Assembly: GCA_964016885.1 (NCBI GenBank)
Contig: OZ024760.1
Location: 2,542,001 to 2,606,000, forward strand
Source: Eledone cirrhosa
Taxonomy: Eukaryota
Direction of reading: 5' to 3'
Length of the DNA stretch: 64,000 bases
Both the position numbers and the translations under genes were made by a program. The notes below the pieces were generated by a model that did not search any database, was not told the DNA's origin, and was given only the letters and a program-made list of their open reading frames with translations. How positions within the stretch are numbered: the stretch's first letter is position 1; each line of letters begins with the position of its first letter. Positions 35,286 to 46,500 of this stretch are shown here, one piece after another.

Positions 35286-35590
35286 CGGGTGATGTGTTGT
35301 TTCCTTGAGCAAGACACTTTATTTCACATTTCTCCAGTTTACTCAGCTGTAGAAATGAGATGATAGGGACTGGGGTCCATATCATTCCACTGCAAAGTGG
35401 TCGTGGAGGTGCCACGGCAAAAAAAAGCACCCAGCCCACACTGTAAAGTGGACGTGTAGGTGCCACGGAAAAAAAGCACGCAGCACTCACTGTAAATGAG
35501 GTTGGTGTTAGGAAGGGCATCCAGCTGTAGAAATCAAGCCAGAATCAGTTCCCGTCCCGCCCTTGCAAACAGGGAAAAGCAGATGTAAAC

Positions 35591-35622
<32 letters not shown>
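35286..35622 (+). mobile_element. SINE family 2, head-truncated, with (TGA)n tail
   Basis: Matches 28125-28390 with one extra internal repeat. Confidence 0.88.
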
Positions 35623-35624
<2 letters not shown>

Positions 35625-35633
35625 ATATATATA

Positions 35634-36183
35634 CAGTTGTCCTCCAGTATTCGCAGAGGTTACATTTCTAGAGCACCTGCGAATATTGGACGTGGCCCAT
35701 AAAAATACCTATAACCCTTTACCATTTACATTACTCTATATATACTACTGTATTTTTGTGGTAAAAGCTTTTCTTCACATAATTATCTCACATAATATTG
35801 AATCTATGAGATTTTGATGTTATTTATTTTGTGAACAACACCTTAACATCAGTATGAGTGGCCAGTTACAGCCGGTTTGAACAGAAAGAGGTGAGGTAAT
35901 CTTGGCCAGATATGGCCAGTTTAAATGCTAAAGGGTTAAACATCAAAACATAACGTAAAATATAGGCCAGCAAATATGGTATAATGTTATCATTAATTTA
36001 GCGTTAAAAAGCATCCAAAAATATATATTGCCACGCAAAAAGTCATTAAAATCTTGCGGAAGATATTTACAATTCCGCGAATATGTGGTGGTTTCCTCTA
36101 ACAATTATTAGTTAGGTTCTAAGGAAAATTCTGCAAATAACCAGGACCACAACTGCCAGGATCATGAATGCTGGGGTACATTG
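35634..36183. mobile_element. Old Tigger/pogo-like MITE hosting a MITE A copy
   Basis: TA-CAGTTGTCCTCCAGTATTCGC start; degenerate inverted end GAATGCTGGGGTACATTG. Confidence 0.55.
35711..35939 (-). mobile_element. MITE family A
   Basis: ATAACCCTTTACCATTTA ... TAAATGCTAAAGGGTTAA. Confidence 0.85.
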
Positions 36184-36189
36184 TTTTAT

Positions 36190-36590
36190 ATCATCATCAT
36201 CATCGTTTAACGTCCATCTTCCACGCTTGCATGGGTTTGGACGGGAGTTTTCCCACTTGAGGCAAGATTTGTTGTCCTGCTCGTATAGGACTGTCTGGCG
36301 GGTTTTCTATGGCTGGATGCCCTTCCTAACACCAACCACGTTTACAGTGTGGACTGGGAGGTTTTTACCGTGTTACCTACATGGCCACATTACAGCGTGG
36401 ACTGTGTTTTTTTGTCGTGACACCTACATGTCTGGCGGGTTTTCTACGGCTGGGTGCCCTTCCCAACACCAACCACATTTACAGTGTGGACTGGGAGGTT
36501 TTTACCATGTTACCTACACGGTCACATTACAGCGTGGACTGTGTGTTCTTTTGTCGTGACACCTACACGACCTCATTTGTTTCAGACTGG
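36190..36590 (-). mobile_element. RTE-related non-autonomous element/SINE 3' part with about 137-bp internal tandem duplication
   Basis: (CAT)n + TTTAACGTCCATCTTCCACGCTTGCATGGG tail; 36292-36428 repeated at 36429-36568. Confidence 0.75.
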
Positions 36591-36711
36591 ATGTTGTGGT
36601 ACCAACATAACTTCACATTTAATATATATATATATATATCCCTTCCATACACCCCCCATGCACTTATGCTCACATCATCCATATACTGTAAAGTTATGTT
36701 GGTATCACAAT

Positions 36712-36970
36712 AAAAAAGCACCCTGACCACACTGTAAAGTGGTCATGTAGGTGTCACAACAAAAGGCACCCAGCACTCACTGTAAATGAGGTTGGTGTTA
36801 GGAAGGGCCTCCAGCTGTAGTAACCAAGCCAAAATGAGTTCTGTATGTGAAGGACAAGGTCACCTGACCTAGGCATTGCCCACAACAGGACAACTTGCCT
36901 AACCCATGCTAGCGTGGAAAAATGGACATAAAACAGTGATGATGATGATGACGATGATGATGATGATGAT
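36712..36970 (+). mobile_element. 3' fragment matching the 3' end of the RTE insertion at 5749-6000
   Basis: GGTTGGTGTTAGGAAGGGC..GCCCACAACAGGACAAC..TAACCCATGCTAGCGTGGAA..(TGA)n. Confidence 0.8.
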
Positions 36971-37029
36971 ACATGTGTGTGTGTGTTTGTGTTTGAGTGT
37001 GTGTGTGTGTGTATAATATATATATATAT

Positions 37030-37573
37030 AAAACTTTCTCATTATTAAGCTGATGTTTGGAAATTAACTTTAGAATGGCTGTTACATAAAATTACGTTGA
37101 AAGGTTTTTTTTAAATATATATCAAAACACTTTAACATGTTTGTTAACATATTTCTAATGGAAGTCAATGCCTATGATTTACAAATCATTTGAAAAATAA
37201 GCAAGATTTTGAAAGGATTTAATAATATAATTAATTTTCTCATTATCAAAGTGTTCAGAACATAACTTACCAAGTGTTCTTACATCAAAATATGATCAAA
37301 GATTTTTAGATAAATATAAACAGTTTGAAATAAACAGCTTTATATCAAGGACGGTTTCACACAGTGTGGTATCAAATAGGTTCAGCTGATGTTTGGAACA
37401 TAACTTAACAAAGGTTCTCACATAAAATTATGATGGAAGTTATTAGATAAATGTGAATACTTTAAAATAAACAGTTTTTTATCATAGAATCAGGGGCATT
37501 TTTTTTTTCTAGTTTGGTATCAAAAAGGATTATCATATTTTGGAATATAACATAACAAAGGTTCTTACATAAA
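37030..37573 (+). mobile_element. Decayed MITE B copies; the last is interrupted by the 467-bp repeat and resumes at 38712
   Basis: GGTTCTTACATAAAA | insertion | TTATGATGGAAGG. Confidence 0.75.
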
Positions 37574-37879
37574 ACAGAATAGCTGGCCATTCACAGTAAA
37601 GTGACCAGTGAAAAAACTTGGTACATCTACATATGTATACGTGTGTGTATTCATATACATACTAGTATTTCAGTATACATATATGGATGTACATCTTTAA
37701 CTTAATTGTTTAAGCGTCAGTCATACAAAAGTGAGTTACAAACGAAACGAAGTTTAATTTCGTTTCGTTATTTGTTTTTATCGTCTCCGTTGAACCGGTA
37801 CTTACTCACACTCTATGCAAATTAGTCTGCCCACTACTAATTTTCATAGAAAAAGCATATAACGATATGTGCTTTTACG

Positions 37880-37975
37880 ATTCTCTAGAGAGGCCGGAAG
37901 ATAGGTAAATATTGCTGATGAGTTGTAACAACAACGAAACTAGTTCAATATTCCTTGTCTGGCTTTCTGGAGAAT
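37880..37975 (+). ncRNA. Minimal type I hammerhead ribozyme, copy 1
   Basis: Stem I AATATTG/CAATATT with long extension, CTGATGA 37915-37921, stem II GTTGT-AACA-ACAAC, GAAA, palindromic CTAG, GUU triplet (predicted cut after 37945). Confidence 0.85.
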
Positions 37976-38346
37976 AGAGGAAAGGTGTTTCCTCAAAAAC
38001 CAGTATGACTCTAAAAACCGGTTTGTCTGTGTGTTTACATACAGAATAGCTGGCCATTCACAGTAAAGTGACCAGTGAAAAAACTTGGTACATCTACATA
38101 TGTATACGTGTGTGTATTCATATACATACTAGTATTTCAGTATACATATATGGATGTACATCTTTAACTTAATTGTTTAAGCGTCAGTCATACAAAAGTG
38201 AGTTACAAACGAAACGAAGTTTAATTTCGTTTCGTTATTTGTTTTTATCGTCTCCGTTGAACCGGTACTTACTCACACTCTATGCAAATTAGTCTGCCCA
38301 CTACTAATTTTCATAGAAAAAGCATATAACGATATGTGCTTTTACG

Positions 38347-38442
38347 ATTCTCTAGAGAGGCCGGAAGATAGGTAAATATTGCTGATGAGTTGTAACAACA
38401 ACGAAACTAGTTCAATATTCCTTGTCTGGCTTTCTGGAGAAT
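38347..38442 (+). ncRNA. Minimal type I hammerhead ribozyme, copy 2
   Basis: Same as copy 1 shifted by 467 (CTGATGA 38382-38388; predicted cut after 38412). Confidence 0.85.
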
Positions 38443-38831
38443 AGAGGAAAGGTGTTTCCTCAAAAACCAGTATGACTCTAAAAACCGGTTTGTCTGTGTG
38501 TTTACATACAGAATAGCTGGCCATTCACAGTAAAGTGACCAGTGAAAAAACTTGGTACATCTACATATGTATACGTGTGTGTATTCATATACATACTAGT
38601 ATTTCAGTATACATATATGGATGTACATCTTTAACTTAATTGTTTAAGCGTCAGTCATACAAAAGTGAGTTACAAACGAAACGAAGTTTAATTTCGTTTC
38701 GTTATTTGTTTTTATGATGGAAGGTTTAGATAAATATAGACAATATCATGCTGTTGTTACCATATTTCTAATGAAGGACACTGTTTAGGGTTTTCAAGTA
38801 ACTTTGAAATTAATCAAGAATTTGGAGAGAT

Positions 38832-39059
38832 TTAACCCTTTAGCATTTAAACCGGCCATATCCGCCCAGAATTCTCTCACCTATTACTGTTTAAACCAGC
38901 CATAACCAACTGCTCATACTGATGTTAAGGTATTGTTCTCAAAATAAATAACATCAAAATCTCATAGATTCAATATTATGTGAGATATTCTGTGAGGTAA
39001 TGCCTTCACCACAAAAATACAATAGTATATATAGAGTAATGTAAATGTTAAAGGGTTAA
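38832..39059 (+). mobile_element. MITE family A, full length
   Basis: TTAA-CCCTTTAGCATTTA ... TAAATGTTAAAGGG-TTAA. Confidence 0.9.
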
Positions 39060-39120
39060 GAAGGACTTAAAGGTTCTGACATAAAATTACAATGGAGAGT
39101 TTTAGATAAATACAAACATT

Positions 39121-39504
39121 TTAACCCTTTAGTATTTACATGGGCGGAGGTGGTGAGAGCAGACCTCAGATCGCTGAAGCTCACAGAGGAGATGACGAAG
39201 GACTGTGACAAGTGGAGAGATGCTGTGCTGAATAAGACGAGTCCCACCCTTGCAAGCAGGGAAAAGAGAACGTATGATGATGATGATGATGACGATTACT
39301 CTATATTTACTATTGTATTTCTATGGTAAAGGCTTTAGCTCACATAATCATCTCACATAATATTGAATCTATGAGATTTTGATGTTATTCATTTTCAGAA
39401 CAATACCTTAACATCAATATGAGTGGCCAGTTACAGCCGGTTTGAACAGAATGAGGTAATAGAATTCTGGCCAGATACAACTAATTTAAATGCTAACAGG
39501 TTAA
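39121..39504 (-). mobile_element. MITE family A interrupted by an RTE 3' fragment
   Basis: TTAA ends at 39121 and 39501; body resumes at about 39295. Confidence 0.85.
39139..39294 (+). mobile_element. Short RTE 3' fragment, same family as 28586-28960
   Basis: WAEVVRADLRSLKLTEEMTKDCDKWRDAVLNK; tail CCCTTGCAAGCAGGGAAAAG + (TGA)n. Confidence 0.9.
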
Positions 39505-39693
39505 CTCTTGTATTACCGTGTTTTTTATGATCAAGTGGTTTGATAACAAAACGTTTAAGCTGGTCTTTTGGAACATAACTTAACAGAAGTTGTTACATAA
39601 AATTATGATGGAAGGTTTGTAGATAAATGCAAATACTTTCCTTCTGTAGTTAACATATTTCTAAGGAAAGAAACTGTCTATGGTTTTCAAGTA

Positions 39694-39861
39694 TCGTATT
39701 TCCCGGCATCAAAGACATTACTTTTTTCATAAAATAATCTCAAAAATCCACCATGAATTCTGGAGGCCGAAGGGTGTTTATTATTTTTTTTTCAAATTAT
39801 TGGTTGTCAAAATCAGGATGCATCCTCAAGGATGAAGCGTCTTCAGCGCTGGGAAGTACAG
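39694..39861. mobile_element. Small pogo/Tc2-type MITE
   Basis: TA TSD; imperfect TIRs TCGTATTTCCCGGC and GCTGGGAAGTACAG. Confidence 0.55.
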
Positions 39862-40307
39862 TAACTTAGAAAATAATTACGAATTTGAAGGGGCTAGAAA
39901 GTTTTAACATAAAATTATGTTGGAATGCTTTATTACTATTTTTAGATAAATATAAACACTTCAGAATAAACAGTGTTATATCATAGAACAGAGGATGGTT
40001 TCAAGTAGTTTGGTATCAAAAGAGTTAAAACAATAATTAATATTTTACTATGATTTTACACAGGAAATGATGAATGTTTTGTAACTGTATTCCATATACA
40101 TAATAATGTCTTTGATGATCGATAAAAGAATGAAAAGTAATGAAAAAAAAAAATTAGTTTCAATAATATTGCTGCTTACGATTCGACCTCAACCCACATC
40201 AAACCAGGAGACGGAAAAAGAATTTCAAAAAAATTCTCATCTTCTTACAACTCACGAAAAGAAATCATTTGCTTATCAAAAACGAATTGATGTCTTTGAA
40301 TTCTAGT

Positions 40308-40545
40308 AGAAGATGAAGAGGAAAAAAAAAGAAAGAAGGCGAAGAAGAAGAAGAAGAAGAAGAAGAAGAAGAAGAAGAAGAAGAAGGCGAAGAAGAAGGC
40401 GAAGAAGAAGAAGAAGAAGAAGAAGAAGAAGGCAAAGAAGAAGAAGAAGGCAATGAAAAAGAAGAAGAAGAAGACAGGACAGAACACTAAAGACAAGACT
40501 AATGACAAAAAGACAGAAGACAAAAATAGAAGAGAGAAGACGAAA
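40308..40545. repeat. (GAA)n purine tract
   Basis: Direct reading. Confidence 0.95.
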
Positions 40546-40564
40546 AACAGATGCCAATAGATAA

Positions 40565-43500
40565 TACAGCTCATATAAGCTACTTCTAAAATCCCTCTAT
40601 ATATTCTCTCTAGCATCACACACACACATTATTTCTAACATCACATATAAACGAATTCTAAAACCCCTCTCTAGCATCACATATAAACTACTTCTAAAAC
40701 ACCTCTCTAGCATCACATATAAACTACTTCTAAAAGCCCTCTCTAGCATCACATATTAACTACTTCTAAAACCCCTCTCTAGCATCACATATTAACTACT
40801 TCTAAAACCCCTCTCTATACTCTCTCTAGCATCACATATAAACTACTTCTAAAACCCTCTCTATACTCTCTCTAGCATCACATATAAACTACTTCTAAAA
40901 CCCCTCTCTAGCATCACATATAAACTACTTCTAAAACCGGTCTCTAGCATCTCATATAAACTACTTCTAAAAACCCGTCTCTAGCATCACATATAAACTA
41001 CTTCTAAAACCCCTCTCTAGCATCACATATAAACTACTTCTAAAAACCCTCTCTAGCATCACATATAAACTACTTCTAAAAACCCTCACTAGCATCACAT
41101 ATAAACTACTTCTAAAAACCCTCTCTAACATCACATATAAATTACTTCTAAAAACCCGTCTCTAGCATCACATATAAACTACTTCTAAAACCCCTCTCTA
41201 TACTCTCTCTAGCATCTCATATAAACTACTTCTAAAACCCCTCTCTAGCATCACATATAAACTACTTCTAAAACCCGTCTCTAGCATCACATATAAACTA
41301 CTTCTAAAACCCCTTTCTAGCATCACATATAAACTACTTCTAAAACCCTCTCTACCATCACATATAAACTACTTCTAAAACCCCTTTCTAGCATCACATA
41401 TAAACTACTTCTAAAAACCCTCTCTAGCATCACATATAAACTACTTCTAAAACCCCTTTCTAGTATCACATATAAACTACTTCTAAAAACCCTCTCTAGC
41501 ATCACATATAAACTACTTCTAAAACCCCTCTCTAGCATCACATATAAACTACTTCTAAAACCCGTCTCTAGCATCACATATAAACTACATCTAAAACCCC
41601 TTTCTAGCATCACATATAAACTACTTCTAAAACCCCTCTCTAGCATCACATATAAACTACTTCTAAAACCCCTTTCTAGCATCACATATAAACTACTTCT
41701 AAAAACCCTCTCTAGCATCTCATATAAACTACTTCTAAAACCCGTCTCTAGCATCACATATAAACAACTTCTAAAACCCGTCTCTAGCATCACATATAAA
41801 CTACTTCTAAAACCCCTTTCTAGCATCACATATAAACTACTTCTAAAACCCCTCTCTAGCATCACATATAAACTACTTCTAAAACCCCTCTCTAGCATCA
41901 CATATAAACTACTTCTAAAACCCGTCTCTAGCATCACATATAAACTACATCTAAAACCCCTTTCTAGCATCACATATAAACTACTTCTAAAACCCCTCTC
42001 TAGCATCACATATAAACTACTTCTAAAACCCCTTTCTAGCATCACATATAAACTACTTCTAAAAACCCTCTCTAGCATCTCATATAAACTACTTCTAAAA
42101 CCCGTCTCTAGCATCACATATAAACTACTTCTAAAACCCGTCTCTAGCATCACATATAAACTACTTCTAAAAACCCTTTCTAGCATCACATATAAACTAC
42201 TTCTAAAACCCCTCTCTAGCATCACATATAAACTACTTCTAAAACCCCTTTCTAGCATCACATATAAACTACTTCTAAAAACCCTCTCTAGTATCACATA
42301 TAAACTACTTCTAAAACCCCTTTCTAGCATCACATATAAACTACTTCTAAAACCCCTCTCTAGCATCACATATAAACTACTTCTAAAACCCCTTTCTAGC
42401 ATCACATATAAACTACTTCTAAAAACCCTCTCTAGTATCACATATAAATTACTTCTAAAACCCGTCTCTAGCATCACATATAAACTACTTCTAAAAACAC
42501 TCTCTAGTATCACATATAAACTACTTCTAAAAACCCTTTCTAGCATCACATATAAACTACTTCTAAAACCCGTCTCTAGCATCACATATAAACTACTTCT
42601 AAAACCCCTTTCTAGCATCACATATAAACTACTTCTAAAAACCCTCTCTAGCATCTCATATAAACTACTTCTAAAACCCGTCTCTAGCATCACATATAAA
42701 CTACTTCTAAAACCCGTCTCTAGCATCACATATAAACTACTTCTAAAAACCCTTTCTAGCATCACATATAAACTACTTCTAAAACCCCTCTCTAGCATCA
42801 CATATAAACTACTTCTAAAACCCCTTTCTAGCATCACATATAAACTACTTCTAAAAACCCTCTCTAGTATCACATATAAACTACTTCTAAAACCCCTTTC
42901 TAGCATCACATATAAACTACTTCTAAAACCCCTCTCTAGCATCACATATAAACTACTTCTAAAACCCCTTTCTAGCATCACATATAAACTACTTCTAAAA
43001 ACCCTCTCTAGTATCACATATAAATTACTTCTAAAACCCGTCTCTAGCATCACATATAAACTACTTCTAAAAACACTCTCTAGTATCACATATAAACTAC
43101 TTCTAAAAACCCTCTCTAGCATCACATATAAACTACTTCTAAAACCCGTCTCTAGCATCACATATAAACTACTTCTAAAACCCCTCTCTAGCATTGCATA
43201 TAAACTACTTCTAAAACCCCTCTCTATATTCTCTCTAGCATCTCATATAAACTACTTCTAAAACCCCTTTCTAGCATCACATATAAACTACTTCTAAAAC
43301 CCCTCTCTAGCATCACATATAAACTACTTCTAAAACCCCTCTCTATACTCTCTCTAGCATCACATATAAACTACTTCTAAAACCTCTCTCTAGCATCACA
43401 TATAAAGTACTTCTATAACCCCTCTCTATACTCTCTCTAGCATCTCATATAAACTACTTCTAAAAACCCTCTCTATATTCTCTCTAGCATCTCATATAAA

Positions 43501-46500
43501 CTACTGCTAAAAACCCTCTCTATATTCTCTCTAGCAACACATATAAACTATTTCTAAAAACTCTCTCTAGCATCACATATAAAGTACTTCTAAAAACCCT
43601 CTCTATACTCTCTCTAGCATCTCATATAAACTACTTCTAAAAACCCTCTCTATACTCTCTCTAGCAACACATATAAACTACTTCTAAAAACCCTCTCTAG
43701 CATTACATATAAACTACTTCTAAAAACCCTGTATATATTCTCTCTAGCATCTTATATAAACTACTTCTAAAAACCCTCTCTATACTCTCTCTAGCAACAC
43801 ATATAAACTACTTCAAAAACCCCTCTCTAGCATCACATATAAACTACTTCTAAAAACCCGTCTCTAGCATCACATATAAACTACTTCTAAAAACCCGTCA
43901 CTAGCATCACATATAAACTACTTCTAAAAACCCCTCTCTAGCATCACATATAAACTACTTCTAAAAACCCTCTCTATACTCTCTCTAGCATCACATATAA
44001 ACTACTTCTAAAACCCCTCTCTATACTCTCTCTAGCATCACATATAAACAACTTCTAAAAACCCTCTCTAGCATCACATATAAACTACTTCTAAAAACCC
44101 GTCTCTAGCATCACATATAAACTACTTCTAAAAACCCGTCACTAGCATCACATATAAACTACTTCTAAAAACCCCTCTCTAGCATCACATATAAACTACT
44201 TCTAAAAACCCTCTCTATACTCTCTCTAGCATCACATATAAACTACTTCTAAAACCCCTCTCTAGCATCACATATAAACTACTTCTAAAACCCTCTCTAT
44301 ACTCTCTCTAGCATCACATATAAACTACTTCTAAAACCCCTCTCTAGCATCACATATAAACTACTTCTAAAACCCCTCTCTAGCATCACATATAAACTAC
44401 TCCTAAAAACCCTTTCTAGCATCACATATAAACTACTTCTAAAAACCCTCTCTATACTCTCTCTAGCATCTCATATAAACTACTTCTAAAAACCCGTCTC
44501 TAACATCACATATAAACTACTTCTAAAACCCCTCTCTAGCATCACATATAAACTACTTCTAAAACCCCTCTCTAGCATGTCATATAAACTACTTCTAAAA
44601 ACCCTCTCTAGCATCACATATAAACTACTTCTAAAAACCCGTCTCTAACATCACATATAAACTACTTCTAAAACCCCTCTCTAGCATCACATATAAACTA
44701 CTTCTAAAACCCCTCTCTAGCATCACATATAAACCACTTCTAAAACCCCTTTCTAGCATCACATATAAACTACTTCTAAAACCCCTCTCTATACTCTCTC
44801 TAGCATCTCATATAAACTACTTCTAAAACCCCTCTCTAGCATCACATATAAACTACTTCTAAAACCCTCTCTACCATCACATATAAACTACTTCTAAAAC
44901 CCCTTTCTAGCATCACATATAAACTACTTCTAAAAACCCTCTCTAGCATCACATATAAACTACTTCTAAAACCCCTTTCTAGTATCACATATAAACTACT
45001 TCTAAAAACCCTCTCTAGCATCACATATAAACTACTTCTAAAACCCCTCTCTAGCATCACATATAAACTACTTCTAAAACCCGTCTCTAGCATCACATAT
45101 AAACTACATCTAAAACCCCTTTCTAGCATCACATATAAACTACTTCTAAAACCCCTCTCTAGCATCACATATAAACTACTTCTAAAACCCCTTTCTAGCA
45201 TCACATATAAACTACTTCTAAAAACCCTCTCTAGCATCTCATATAAACTACTTCTAAAACCCGTCTCTAGCATCACATATAAACAACTTCTAAAACCCGT
45301 CTCTAGCATCACATATAAACTACTTCTAAAACCCCTTTCTAGCATCACATATAAACTACTTCTAAAACCCCTCTCTAGCATCACATATAAACTACTTCTA
45401 AAACCCCTCTCTAGCATCACATATAAACTACTTCTAAAACCCGTCTCTAGCATCACATATAAACTACATCTAAAACCCCTTTCTAGCATCACATATAAAC
45501 TACTTCTAAAACCCCTCTCTAGCATCACATATAAACTACTTCTAAAACCCCTTTCTAGCATCACATATAAACTACTTCTAAAAACCCTCTCTAGCATCTC
45601 ATATAAACTACTTCTAAAACCCGTCTCTAGCATCACATATAAACTACTTCTAAAACCCGTCTCTAGCATCACATATAAACTACTTCTAAAAACCCTTTCT
45701 AGCATCACATATAAACTACTTCTAAAACCCCTCTCTAGCATCACATATAAACTACTTCTAAAACCCCTTTCTAGCATCACATATAAACTACTTCTAAAAA
45801 CCCTCTCTAGTATCACATATAAACTACTTCTAAAACCCCTTTCTAGCATCACATATAAACTACTTCTAAAACCCCTCTCTAGCATCACATATAAACTACT
45901 TCTAAAACCCCTTTCTAGCATCACATATAAACTACTTCTAAAAACCCTCTCTAGTATCACATATAAATTACTTCTAAAACCCGTCTCTAGCATCACATAT
46001 AAACTACTTCTAAAAACACTCTCTAGTATCACATATAAACTACTTCTAAAAACCCTTTCTAGCATCACATATAAACTACTTCTAAAACCCGTCTCTAGCA
46101 TCACATATAAACTACTTCTAAAACCCCTTTCTAGCATCACATATAAACTACTTCTAAAAACCCTCTCTTGCATCTCATATAAACTACTTCTAAAACCCGT
46201 CTCTAGCATCACATATAAACTACTTCTAAAACCCGTCTCTAGCATCACATATAAACTACTTCTAAAAACCCTTTCTAGCATCACATATAAACTACTTCTA
46301 AAACCCCTCTCTAGCATCACATATAAACTACTTCTAAAACCCCTTTCTAGCATCACATATAAACTACTTCTAAAAACCCTCTCTAGTATCACATATAAAC
46401 TACTTCTAAAACCCCTTTCTAGCATCACATATAAACTACTTCTAAAACCCCTCTCTAGCATCACATATAAACTACTTCTAAAACCCCTTTCTAGCATCAC

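Larger units (their letters stand above)
37574..38715 (+). mobile_element. 467-bp tandem repeat (2.45 copies) carrying hammerhead ribozymes; retrozyme or Penelope-derived element
   Basis: Units start at 37574, 38041, 38508 and look identical by eye; non-coding; one hammerhead per full unit. Confidence 0.8.

Noticed and set aside
37875-38524. 60-aa minus-strand ORF in each 467-bp unit
   Set aside because: Short, no recognisable domain; antisense to the ribozyme and repeated only because the unit is
40064-40124. Possible plus-strand terminal exon (acceptor TTTTACACAG; NDECFVTVFHIHNNVFDDR*)
   Set aside because: Short, no compatible upstream exon found, not recognisable
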